DNA of 64,000 bases from Octopus vulgaris (GCA_951406725.2 OX597827.1:54312001-54376000), one strand, 5' to 3'. Positions 13,167 to 25,987 are shown, numbered from the stretch's first letter. Notes: a model not told the origin generated them from the sequence alone. Program-made: numbers and translations.

Positions 13167-14496
13167 GTAAACCATGCACATATACACAAAACCTCTCGCT
13201 TTCTCTCTCATCTCATTACATTTGAAGCTAAACTTTTTCCAGTTTTACCAACATAAAGATCACCTTAATAGATTACTCCTGTATATATTTTGTGAGTGCC
13301 TCAGGAAAGGAACCTCAATTGCAATTCAAAGAGTGGAGTCCCATGGGTGACCTATTTTGACACCCTTCCAGTAATTTCAAGCAGATGAAGCTCTCCACCC
13401 ATGTAAGGCAATTCACCTAAAAAGCCATTCCAGCGTGAAACCTACAGCTTGCATGTCACCACAACCATCTTAACCCACTGATCTACTATGGTCAGACCTC
13501 CAAGTCTAAAGAGTGGGATTTAGCTATGTAGTCCGACTCTCACTTTAAAAATATTAAGTGCAAACTGAAAGAAAAGCCCTATAACATCAAAGATCAGTTT
13601 CCATAACCATAAGAAGGCATACCACTCTTCCTCTGGACACAAAGAAACTACCACTACCATCATTATATATATAGGCATGTCTGTATGGTTAGAAGATTGC
13701 TTCCCACCCACATGGTTTCGGGTTCAGTCCTGCTGCATGGCACCTTTGGCAAGTGTCTTTTACTATATCTTCAGGCTGACCAAAGTTTTGTGAGTGGATT
13801 TGGTAGGCAGAAACTGAAAGAAGCCCTGCTTCCCAACCACATGGTTCTGGGTTTAGTCCCACTGTGTGACACCTTGGCAAATGCACAAACAGAAAGATGC
13901 ACACATCTCAATATATACATATATATGATGGGCTTCTTTCAGTTTCCGTCTACCAAATCCACTCACAAGGGTTTGGTCAACCTGAGGCTATACTAGAAGA
14001 CACTTGCCTAAGCTGCTACAGAGAGGGACAGATCCTGGAACCATGTGGTTTGGGAAAAAAGCTTCTTATCCACAGCCATACCTGCACCTATAATATATAT
14101 GTGTGTGGAGAGGGAAAGAGAAAGCTAGCCACTGAAATCTGCAGGTAAATTAGAATGGTTATTTGTAATATTGACTTATGGCCTTCTTTTAATTGGCCAC
14201 AATGAGCTTTTCAAGAAGAGAAGCAAAATTGATTAAAATTTATCCCCGTATATTTTCAGTATTTATTAAGACTGAATGATTGAAAAATGTAATCGAATCC
14301 AGTGAGATTTGTACTCTGAATGCCAAGGGAGAAAACTATAAATACTTGCCATCTATTTGGCCTTGTATTATTTCTGATAACTTTGTTACCTTTAGTATTG
14401 TTATTTAAATTCTAATATCTTTTTGTTTAAAATTCTGCTGAATGCTTTTCTCCATTATTATCCTCTTTTTTTCTCTCTCTTTTTTTCTCACTGTAG

Positions 14497-14626
14497 AAAG
14501 CCCCGTTGTGACTATCGTGCTGGTCATTCTATTTTTGGTTGTAATTATTTCTGTACTTGTTTGTGCCTATCTACGAAGAAATGATCTCATTCAGTGTTGG
14601 AAAAAGAAGAGCAATTTCAATATGCA
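14497..14626 (+). CDS. ADAM exon: transmembrane helix and juxtamembrane basic segment
   Basis: long pyrimidine tract, ctgtag|(E)SPVVTIVLVILFLVVIISVLVCAYLRRNDLIQCWKKKSNFNM..|gtatgt; 130 nt, phase 1-2. Confidence 0.9.
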
Positions 14627-15838
14627 GTATGTATGAACTCACTAATGATCTGACCTTTAGCTCATTGTTATTTGAAAAATCTTCATTTATTTAAAATCTT
14701 TTTGGACATTTCTCCACTTATCCTCTATTGAATATCATTGTTGCTGTTGTTTAGCCCTCGGTTGAGCAGTCTGTGATCAAAGGCATTCTAGTCATGCTCA
14801 TCTTATTATTTTTTTCTCTTAGTGTATCTAGGACAGTGAAGATGTGTGGCTTGGTGGTTAGCAGTATTCAACTCACAGTTGTAAGGTCATGATTCTAGAG
14901 CTAAGTATTTTGTCCAGTGTGTTAATGATTCTGCCAGCTCACTGCCCTTATTATGATAATAATAATAACAATAATAATAATAGTCCTTTCTATTATAGGC
15001 ACAAGGCCTGAGGTTTTTGGAAGGAGGGGCCTAGTTGATCACATCAACCTCAGAATTTCACTGGTACTTAATTTATCAACCCCGAAAGGAAGAAAGGCAA
15101 AGTCGACCTCGGCAGAATTTGAATAATGATAATAATTATTATTATCATCATTATTATAATGCTTTCAAATTTTGGTACAAGACCAGCAATTGCAGGGGTG
15201 GGGTTAAATCAATTACATTGCTCCAGTGCTCAATTGCTACTTAATTTATCAAACCTGAAAGGATGACAGACAAAGTCAACCTCAGTGGAATTTGAACGCA
15301 GAATTTAAGCATGGATGAAATACTACTAAGAATTTTGCCCAGTATGCTAACGATTCTGCCATCTCACCCCCTTAATAATTAAACAATTATGACTTCAAAT
15401 TTTGAGGGTGGCGTTGTCAATGACATTGCCCCAGTGCTCTAGTGATATTTAATTTAGCAACCGCTAAGCGATAAAAAGCAAAGTTGACCTCGTGAAATTT
15501 GAACTCAGAACATAAGGATGGATGACATGCTGCTAAGCATGTTGCCCACCGTGCTAACAACAGGATTACTGGAATAGCATAGTCAGTCCTTAAAAAACAA
15601 AAGGCTGGCATAGACAGCCATATCATCACGTGTTTTATGGACAAGTTAGTTATTTATATTCACTTTCATATAGAATGATCAGATAACAAATTTTGCAATG
15701 ACTCAGTAATAGGCTGTCATTAGTTTTGTTATTTTATACTAATTCATCATATTTTATTTTATTTTACAGATAATTAGAAAAAGAATTTTGTGAAAACTAA
15801 ATTAATAACATCATTTTTTTTTTCTTTCTACTCAACAG

Positions 15839-16961
15839 TTTTCCTCCTGCACTAACAAATTTAAAACTGCCTAAAGTTCAGATACCCACAAGAACAGATA
15901 CAAATCGACAAAGTCGGACAAGCCGACTGGGCCCACCCATCTCAAAACCAATGTTGACTCACAGTACCAATAGCAATTCTCAAGCATTAGTCACACCTGT
16001 TGAAGCTCCACAAGATGCTTATATTCCAAAAAGAGAACCACGATCAGCTGCTCGACCACTTAGTGCTATTATGACAAAAGACATTTCCAGTCCAGTACTC
16101 CTTAGTACTACTAATCGCCGATCAGCAGCATTTTCTGAACAAAATCTCCCTAATATACACACAGCAGACATCAAGGGTGGATTGGCTACAACAAAACGTC
16201 CAGTGAAATTGCGTCGCAATCATTCTGATCGTCCCCAAAAGCCACCACCCCTGAAGCCTGATGAAAGTCGTCAGTTTGGAACACAATCTCCAAAATTGCG
16301 TCCTTTAGAGAGAAATAATAGAGAAAATGCTGTCTCTCAGCACCTTCTTGGCCAAGATGATGAGGATGCTTTATACATGAATACATCTTCAGAACCCCCA
16401 AATAACAGTTCCAGTATTGATCACAACAGTAATCATGCTGTTTACCATAACATGACATCTCCTTCCTCACTCAAGAGAACTAAAGAAAAACCTCCACGAC
16501 CACAAGCACGAGCAATGGCTTCAAATCTTGTGAGATCAGAATCGAACCCCACCCCACCCAAAAGAGATCACAATCCTCAGCCTAAAACAAGGGCAATTTC
16601 CAAACTCACACAAACTTCTCCATCAGCATCAACAGCTGATAAGCCAGTTCCTGTTCAAAAGAATTTTGTTAACCTTAATAGATCAGAATCTGATCCACAG
16701 GCAAAAAGTTCTTTAACGCCAGCACAGTTAGCCAAAGCTGGACTGAAGCCTGTTGGCAGCACTACAAAAAAGGAACATAAAAGCCCACCTCCTTCTACGG
16801 TAACAAAGCCTGTCAGATCACAACGAATAACTAGTCCAACTCGTTATAACCAACCGCAGTCATCACCCAAAGAAGACAAACCTGATTATTCAGACTCAAA
16901 CAATACAGAATCAAAGAAAAAAATCAGTGAACTGAGACAAATGTTCGATTCTAAGATATAG
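15839..16961 (+). CDS. ADAM terminal coding exon: long Pro/Ser-rich cytoplasmic tail
   Basis: ctcaacag acceptor in phase 2; reads (H)FPPALTNLK... in frame into ORF 15951-16961; ends ...ELRQMFDSKI*; AATAAA at 17084 and 17103. Confidence 0.9.
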
Positions 16962-18763
16962 AATTGCTCAATATATTATTTACTTTTTTTTTTTTTTTTT
17001 AGTGGATAAAAAAAAGAGAAAACAAATATTGATTTTATTTGCCTTTTGAAACTTGAGATGAAAAATTTATTAAAAGAAAAACTAATAAACAAACAGATGG
17101 AGAATAAATCAATATTGTAAATACAAAACCAGATGCAAAGAAATGGAAAAACATTCCATTAAGGCTGTTATGGTAATCAGCATAAACTGTTATGGTGTTC
17201 AGTATAAAAACGTATTTTAAGCGGTCCTGGCCAATTACTTGATAAAAACTAATTGTTTTTTTTAAAAAAAAAAACTGTTCTTCAAAATGCTCTGCATTGC
17301 CAAAATATATTCAAGCATTTAAATCTGTTATTCTTTCATGTCCCGTGACTTCTTCAAATGTGATTTATGATCAACAATATCTTTCACAGCTACCAGCTTT
17401 AAATTTTGTTAAATTACAGAGACTAAAATCATACCATAACTATATGCTTCCGTTATCATCCAACTCAGGTGCATACAGTTCCTTTTAAATCTATTTTTTT
17501 TTTTTTGTAATTGTTTTTATTTGTATGTGTATGTGAGAGAAAGAGAGACATTGCGTGTGTGTGCGCATGTGTGTGCCTGTATGTGTATGTTTCACTTCAC
17601 TCAAGCCTTTTTCCATTCCACCTATGAAAAGAGGAAATTTCTGCAGCCTGAATATAAATAACTTACATCTTGCAAAATGAACAAAATGATCCTCTAAAAG
17701 GAGGAGATAAATGAAATAATATAATTTCTGGAGTGTAACTCTCTTTACTCTTTTACTTGTTTCAGTCATTTGACTGCAGCCATGCTGGAGCACTGCCTTC
17801 AGTCGAGCAAATCGACCCCAGGACTAATTCTTTGTAAGCCTGGTACTTATTTTATCGGTCTCTTTTGCCAAACTCCTAAGTTACAGGGACATAAACACAC
17901 CACCATCGGTTGTCAAGTGATGTTGGGCGGGGAAAACCACACACAAACAAGTAGTTTCAGCAGCCAGTTTCAGAAGAATAATGCTTCCATATTACGAAGA
18001 ATTCCTGTCTTCATTGACATCACCACAGACAATTAGACAGTAATTTATAATTTAAATATCCATGAGCATAGACATGCATACACTACACACAGACACACAT
18101 ACACACACACATGTGTGGGTGTATATATATATATATGTTTGTATATGTATGTATTTGTATGTGTATGTCTATATGTGTGTATATATATGTGTATGCAGGC
18201 ATGGCTGTGCCATTGAGAAGTTTGCTTCCCAACCACACGAGATCAGGTTCAGTCCCACTGTGTGGCACCTTGGGCAAGTCTCTTCTACTATAGCACTAGG
18301 CCAACCAAAACTTTGTGAGTGGATTTGGTAACGGAAATTAAAAGAAACCCTCTGTGCGTGCGTGTGTGCTCATGTGAGGGAGTTTGTGTTCCCTTTCTCT
18401 TCAGGTTTGTTCACTGATTTTAAACAAAGACATCACTGTCCATTTTGACAGTGTTGTTTGCTTACAGTCAATCATGAAAGCACTTCCAGGCTTCTTGATA
18501 TGTTTTGGCATGTGTGATCTTTGTAAACAAAAGGCACGTTTAATGAGTGTTGTTCGTTTCCTGTTCTCCACATAACATGTCCAAGCTGTTCCTTGTTTGA
18601 TACATTGAGAGATTTTTAGCTTGCTTGAAATGAGATGAGGCCTCCAGGGAGAAAGGCATCCAGCAGTAGAAACACTCTGTTCTGACATGGTTTCATCAGA
18701 CCCATGCAAGCATGGAAAAGTAGATGTTAAAAGAACGATGATGATGACTTTGTGTGTATTTGT

Positions 18764-18820
<57 letters not shown>

Positions 18821-19267
18821 ATATATATATATCTTTAATACATGTTTCTTTAAAGACATGGCTATGTTCCAGTTTTATACTTTCTTTTACAGATATTTTT
18901 TCATACTTTCATAGCAGTTTAATGTAGTTTGTTTGGAGCAGAACAAATTAACATGTGACTGCTGATGTGGAAGCTTAACAATAAAAAAAAAACCCTTTGA
19001 TGTAAAAGTCCATAAAACTTTGACCGGTATATAAGAACCAATGCAGATGCCAAATCTATTTTAACCCTTGAAAATGATACTGTAAATGTCTAGAAAGATT
19101 TGAATATGGATTTAGAAATATTATTGTTCCAAATAAACTACAAGAAACTCATAGAAATCTATGAAAAATCTGCAATAATAAAACATAAAACTGCAACACA
19201 GTGGAGTCCTTAGTGAAATGTTTGTGTGTATATGTGTGTGTGTGTGTGTGCATGTCTGTATATATAT

Positions 19268-19510
19268 ACCGGAGTAAATACACAAATGTGAAACAAGGTA
19301 GAAAAAAGAGTACTCAAATACCAGGGGTAAAGTAATATGCTTTATTTCAAAGCAGCAGAAATTCAACAAAACCTGTTACTCAGAGTTTCATGTTCCCGTT
19401 CGTCAGACAGTTTTTGTTAAAAAAAAGCAAAAAAAAACTGTCCGACGAACGGGAACGTGAAACTCAGAGTAACAGGTTTTGTTGAATTTCTGCTGCTTTG
19501 AAATAAAGTG
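19268..19510 (-). mobile_element. Small Penelope-derived element with inverted terminal duplication carrying two minimal hammerhead motifs
   Basis: 76-bp inverted repeat 19340-19415 / 19433-19508; each arm reads CTGT-C(T/C)GACGA-ACG-GGAA-C(A/G)T-GAAA-CTCnGAG-TA-ACAG; (TA)n on both sides. Confidence 0.75.
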
Positions 19511-20193
19511 TATATATATATATATGTATATATATACACACACAAACACACATACATGTATGTATATATACATGTGTGTGTGTGTGTATTTACGTATATG
19601 TGAATATATTTATGTGTATGTATATATGTACATACATACATACATATATATATATAATAACATATGCACATAAATATGTACTTATAAATGAAACCAACTG
19701 ACATTTTAACAGCAATAATATGTGAATTGACTGAGATGGGTTTTGTGAGTATGATATTAACTTCATCACACAAGATGAAAGTGTTTGATCTCTAATTCTT
19801 ATTACACATAATTGCAGAACATTTATTTCTAAACCAAGAGGAATTATATTCTTGTCTATGATTTAGTGACACAAGTGCATAATAAGAGTGTGAACACCAT
19901 TAGTTTTGGGTATTGAGGTTCCTAGTTTGATATCCAGTGTTGGATTGTGTATGCATCCAGAAGTATGATATGTGATGACGGTTGGAGATCAATTCAATCG
20001 AAATAGTGTAAATGCAGATAATGAAAAAAAGAAACTTTTCTCACTGATGAAATATATATATATTAAAGTGCTTGTATATATGCATGCATACGCACACTCA
20101 CACCATCATAAACACTATAGTTACATACACACATATTTCTTTGTGCATATAAGTGTTTGTGTGTCTGTGTATATATATGTATATATATATATA

Positions 20194-20225
<32 letters not shown>

Positions 20226-20228
20226 CAC

Positions 20229-20362
20229 AAAATTTAAAGGACTGACCACTAAAAGTCCTTTAAATTTTGTATGTAAAAATATTTTAATCTTTGGATTTTT
20301 TTAATATGCTAGGCCACTCGTTTTAATTGATTAATATCAATTTCTACCCTTATTCAATTTTA
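20229..20362 (+). mobile_element. Palindrome-ended, (TA)n-embedded short element (family copy 1)
   Basis: Hairpin aaaatttaaaggact..agtcctttaaatttt then shared tail taatatgctaggccactcgttttaattgat..aatttctaccct. Confidence 0.6.
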
Positions 20363-21489
20363 TATATATATATACACACACACACATGCACACGCACATA
20401 GACACACAAACACTCACACACATATGTATATATCTGTGTGTGTGTGTGTGTGTACACATGTATATTTACAGTTGTGTATATGTATATATCACATCAGTAA
20501 CCATTATGCACAAACCTTCTAACTCCATACACACTAGCATCCAACACCTAGTACCCACACTGCGCACACCTATGCACACTCAAATGCACATGCATTCACA
20601 CACACTAGCACCCAATATCTGTCGACCCCCTGACTCCTCTCACCCTTATCCCACCTTCCAGCCCCTAACTCTCACCACGCCTATCCCGACTCGCATCTCT
20701 ACGCATTCTGCCACAACACAGTATTCACTCCAAGAAGCACACACAATGCGCAAACCATCTGAACACAGACAATATTCACGCAACATCCATAAACACAACT
20801 TTTGCACACAAACATACACAATACACATGCACACTATAGGGTCATACACACATACAAATGCACACGCATCAACTACTAAACACAAGCATTTGCTCATGCA
20901 TTATTTCATTATTACCCACAAGGGGCTAAACATAGAGGGGACAAACATGGACAGACATAGTTATTAAGTCGATTATATCAACCCCAGTGCTTAACTGGTA
21001 CTTAATTTATCGACCCCGAAAGGATGAAAGGCAAAGTCGACCTCGGCGGAATTTGAACTCACAACGTAACGGCAGCCGAAATACCGCTAAGCATTTCGCC
21101 CGACGTGCTAACGATTCTGCCAGCTCGCCGCCTTAAATGCATTTGCTCATGCATGCACACACTTACACCCACACACATAACCCTACACACGTGTACATAT
21201 CCATATGGACACACACACATACATGACAGTACATGAAACACACATCTCACCACAAAATGTATACACTAGGTTACTTATACACACACACACATACAAGCCC
21301 ACATAATTCTAAGCTTGCCCGCACATACATACTCACACATTTGGCCCCATTCACACATACTCACTTACACACACCATTCTCACATACACACACATGTGCT
21401 TGCATACCCTAGTTTAGCCACGGCACCATTATTATCATCTCCCTTCCACTCAGCTTCTTTCATCCGGCCATTTCATCATGTTGAACTGT

Positions 21490-21690
21490 TAATCGCTACA
21501 CATTTTTTTCTCTGTTTTTTTTTTTTATTCTCTCTGTTTTATTTTCCTCTCAATCCTTTTCTTTGAAGAGCATAAGCTTGAAACATCAAAGACTTTTCCA
21601 TTCTTTCCGAGCATTAAACTAATACATTCATTTGCTTGTTATTCCTTCTCCTGTCTTTGTCCTTTGTTTTCTATAAATTTGAACTATATA
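21490..21690 (+). mobile_element. Penelope-type pseudo-LTR fragment ending in (TA)n; sister copy at 63380-63553
   Basis: Shared tgaagagc.ta.gcttgaaac.t.aaagacttt (degenerate hammerhead-like core) and gagcatta.actaatacat tail. Confidence 0.55.
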
Positions 21691-21828
21691 TACATGCACA
21701 TATACATATGTAAATATGTGTATATACATATATATATATATATATATACACACATGCACATATATTTACACTTGTGCATACATGTGCATGTTTATATGTA
21801 AATATATATATGCATATATGTGTATGTA

Positions 21829-21862
<34 letters not shown>

Positions 21863-21921
21863 AGAGAGAGAGACATTATAGACATACATATGTATACATG
21901 CATGTATATGCTTGCACGCAC

Positions 21922-21968
<47 letters not shown>

Positions 21969-22205
21969 TTCTGTTATGTTTCAGTCCTAAAATTCTTACC
22001 GACTAGCTGTCTAAGCTTTGCTTAATGGATTAAGTGTATTTATAGTGTTAGTCAATTTTGTAATAAATTTGACACTACTTTCTCTATTGAGTTTTCCCAA
22101 CAGTAAACGTTTCATTGTTATTCTTAAACTTTAAAATAACAAGTTCAATGTTACACATATACTCGTACACACACCCATACATAAATATATATGTATATGT
22201 GTGTG

Positions 22206-22236
<31 letters not shown>

Positions 22237-22256
22237 CACATACATACTTATACATG

Positions 22257-22323
<67 letters not shown>

Positions 22324-22469
22324 AACACACACACTCACACTTACTTGTACATGAAATCTGCAGAATATGACATCCAATATGGACTGTCGTTCAGTATGAT
22401 AGCAGTAGCTGACAAATAAATAAGACTATCCTTGAGCAATAATAATAATAATAATAATGATGGGTGGAG

Positions 22470-22870
22470 CATGTCTATAAATCTCCCTCTTTGGGTTTGT
22501 ACCCATGCCACAAGATGTTTTGAGTCCTCATAAGAAGCCTGGCATGTGTAACATCTAGGCACTCTTGCAGCTCCTTCTTTATAGCCCAGGTTTTGGCTCC
22601 ATAGAGAAGAATGTTTGCTATGCATGCTCTGAAGAACTCAAGCCTTGTTCACTTTAAAATGCTTGATTGTCAGGTGTTTTGAAGTTTGCTGCAAAAAAAC
22701 ACCAGGCTTGTCCCTTGTACATAAGGAAGTCTTGCTTACTGTTAGCAAAGTTGGACCGAAGGTACATGAAGTCAGTATATCTCCTGGAATCATGTGTTAT
22801 TGCTAGAACAAATTGGTAGGTGGCATTCATTTTCGTTAATGGTCATAGTTGTCTTCTTGTCTCCAGACAA
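22470..22870 (-). mobile_element. Old RTE-like LINE fragment
   Basis: Minus strand DFMYL..GQAW..RLEFFRACIANILLYGAKTWAI. Confidence 0.6.
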
Positions 22871-23281
22871 GACTTCTTTTAATCCTTTAGCATTTAAACC
22901 AGCCCAAATAGACAACCTGATTTATGTTCAAACCGGTCAGATCTAACCTTTCATACCTACTCTACGTTGTCATTCTGAAAATATTCAATCACAGCATCAA
23001 AATCTTGAAGCTACAAGATAATACCTAATTACTTGAATACAATGCAAATAAATAGGCATTACATTTGACAGTAATGTCTTGCTTTTTTGTGATTACCTCC
23101 CTTGACATTTGAAGTTGATCACATTTGCCACCAGAGATTGTTCCACTTTTTCCTGTATGCAGCAATAATTCCAATAAATCTAGCATCTATCTTGAATGGT
23201 GTTTGATATACACTTATTCAGCTTTGTTCTTCAGATATATGCCACTTTGAGTCATTTCTCTTAGCTCATATTTTTTATTTC

Positions 23282-23341
<60 letters not shown>

Positions 23342-23342
<1 letters not shown>

Positions 23343-23582
23343 TGAGAGGGATGCCACTATGTGGAAAACCCTTATGCTAGAAGTAGATCCACTATGGTCT
23401 TACCACTAAGGAATGATCTACTTCTAGCATAAGTGTTGTCCACATAGTGGTCATCCCTCTCATATGTATATAATACAATTTACTGAACCTTCAGATTTTA
23501 ATATGCTAGACCACTGGTGTTAAATTGATGTTAATTAAATTAATATCCAATTTCTCACCCTCATTTTAAATTTAAATTTATA

Positions 23583-23585
<3 letters not shown>
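23342..23585 (+). mobile_element. Palindrome-ended short element between microsatellites (family copy 2)
   Basis: ~48-bp inverted repeat 23342-23389 / 23415-23463, then tail taatatgctagaccactggtgttaaattgat..aatttctcaccct. Confidence 0.65.
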
Positions 23586-23631
<46 letters not shown>

Positions 23632-23879
23632 ATCCGTCAAGTTACAAAGTACAAAAAGCTAGCACTCAATGACTCAATATAAAATTGATTTATGTTATTG
23701 CAAAATTGCTTTATAACTTAGCTGAACAACAGTACTGCAATTTTTAAACTTCCATACACCTTTTGTTAGGAGAGCATGCATGTATCCACATTTCTGGACA
23801 ACATTTCTGAAGACAATATAGTAAATCCTTGTTCATCTCAAGGATAAAATCATCCATGTCTCCATCCCACTGCAAAAAA

Positions 23880-24480
23880 TGGGAGAAGCATTGAAATATC
23901 ATTTGGTTCACACCCTCATGAAATCAAACATAAGTACAGCCTTACTCAGATTAATAGATATGCATTTCTCTCCTGAATAGATACAGGAAATTGTTTTGTA
24001 GGTATATGATTGGTACCACCAGTATGAAGTAGATTATATCTCATTAACTCACTCCATTCTCTGAGGTTAGATGTTCATGGAGAGACATACCTTGTCTGCT
24101 GAATATAGCAGAAGTCAAGTCTTTGAATTCAAACTATAATGCCAAGCTAAAGCATTTCATCAGTTTGATGAAAAAGAAAATGAGAAAGACGAGATTTTCT
24201 AACCATACATCTTCCTTCTGAAACATTGAGAGATGACATGCAACAAAACTTGTAAGCCATGTGTGGTTGTTGTGAGAGAAAGCAATGGTATATAATATTG
24301 GCTGGAAGATTGCTCAAAAGGTACACCCTGCCTGAACAACAGCCGAAGTTGTGGCCTCTCCTCTGTTAAAAAGAAGTTGATTCTTAAGTGATCTCATATC
24401 TGTGGATGTGATCAAAATGTTAAATCATAAGTATTCAATCTCTGTAAGCATAAAAGGAGATTTATTCTTCAATACTTGAC
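23880..24480 (+). mobile_element. Degenerate Penelope-like (Neptune-type) element, GIY-YIG endonuclease region
   Basis: Frameshifted remnants NIIWFTP, LLRLIDMHF, RFSNHTSSF, LVSHVWLL, YNIGWKI, CKHKRRFIL; close to a (TA)n tract. Confidence 0.7.
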
Positions 24481-25686
24481 AGATCTACATACCTGTCATG
24501 AAATATGCCAATGTTTCTTCTTGGATTTATTCAATTATCCCCAAGAAGGTTAATCTTTCATTGGATTCTATTTTGCTTCCTTCCTTTCTCTTTCATTCTA
24601 AATTGCCTCTTGAATTACTTCTTCCTTTCTTTTTATTTGTTGCCTTCATTCTTTGCTTCCTTTTTCTCCTTGCATCTTATTGTACATTAATATTGATTTG
24701 AAATTTTGGCACACAAGGCCAGTAATTTATTGGGAGGGGTCCAAGTTAATTAAATTGACCCCAGTGCTAACTAGTACTTATTTTGTTGACCCCAAAAAGA
24801 TGAAAGGCAAAGTTGACCCCAGCACCATTTGAACCCAGAATGCAAAGACAGACAAAATCCTGCTAGACATTTTGCCCAGCATGCTACAGTTTTGCTAGCT
24901 CTCCACCTTATTGCATATTAATATTAATGATCATCCTAAATCAACAAGCTGGCAGAGTCGTTAGCACACCAGACAAAATGCTTAGCGGTATTTCATCTGC
25001 CTTTACATTCTGAGTTCAAATTCCACCAAGGTCACCTCTGGTTTACATCCTTTCTGGGTCAATAAAATAAGTACCATTTGAGCACAGGGTTCAATGTAAT
25101 TGACTTATCCCCTCCCCCAAACTTACTAGCCTTGTGCCAAAATTTGAAACCGGCATTAATGATCATCCTTTTTTGTATATGTATATGGAAGTATCCAGGA
25201 ACAAGTACTATTACTCATTTATGAATTTTGAGAAGTGCCTTCTTCTTAGCCATAATCATTGCAACTATAATAATTGGTTTTGTTTAAATGCTGCATCACA
25301 CTGCTCATTCATAGAAGTAGACAAGGATTTCCTGTATTGTCCAAACAATAGTTGTTCAGAATAAATGAATATGAAAACTAGATGGAAGTTTGAAACTTGT
25401 AGTGATGTCCTGACAAGTTACATTATTGTAACTCTGTGTGTGCACATACACATGCATGCATGTGAGTGTGTATGTATGTATATCATCCAGCTCTGTCTGG
25501 CACCTGTGCAGGTGGCACGTAAAAAACACCCACTACACTCGCGGAGTGGTTGGCGTTAGGAAGGGCATCCAGCCGTAGAAACACTGCCAAATCTGACTGG
25601 GCCTGATGAAGCCTTCCGGCTTCACAGACCCCAGTTAAACCGTCCAACCCATGCTAGCATGGAAAACGGACGCTAAATGATGATGA

Positions 25687-25726
<40 letters not shown>

Positions 25727-25730
<4 letters not shown>

Positions 25731-25987
25731 ATAAGATCGTTAATTTAAATTAAATAACGATCTTATCAAGTGGTCAGCATGGAAATAAAAACCTCCAAAG
25801 GTAATAATTATTAAAATTGTAACTTAGGGTATCTATGAGATACTGCCATGCTGACTCTAAAACCACATTAAGTGTTCATATAAGTGTTCCTTGTGCTATA
25901 TGAACACTTAATGTAGTTTTAGAGTCAGATCCTGGCTGCTATTTTCAGTATGGCGGTATCCCGTATATACCCTAAGTTATAATTTTA
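25727..25987 (-). mobile_element. Palindrome-ended, (TA)n-embedded short element (related family)
   Basis: Long interrupted inverted repeat ~25812-25881 / 25898-25987; tail aagtggtcagcat.. resembles the other copies. Confidence 0.55.

Larger units (their letters stand above)
292..16961 (+). other. Gene model (3' part): ADAM-family membrane metalloprotease-disintegrin, meltrin/ADAM12/19-like. join(292-387,1867-1998,6438-6613,8037-8241,10881-10958,13055-13166,14497-14626,15839-16961); prodomain and catalytic domain lie upstream of the window
   Basis: All 8 exons have AG acceptors and the 7 internal exons GT donors, with compatible phases. Summed length 2052 nt = 683 aa + TAG. Domain order disintegrin > Cys-rich > EGF (followed by GGSVDSG) > TM > Pro-rich tail is the canonical ADAM architecture. 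Confidence 0.95.

Noticed and set aside
13280-13660. Possible degenerate Tx1/L1 3' fragment on the - strand
   Set aside because: Only faint resemblance to 45703-46250; too weak to call without an alignment.
20386-20967. 193-aa His/Thr-rich ORF, and many similar YI/CV/HT/IYLS ORFs (e.g. 47852-48205, 42226-42666)
   Set aside because: Products of (CA)n, (TA)n and (TATC)n microsatellites.
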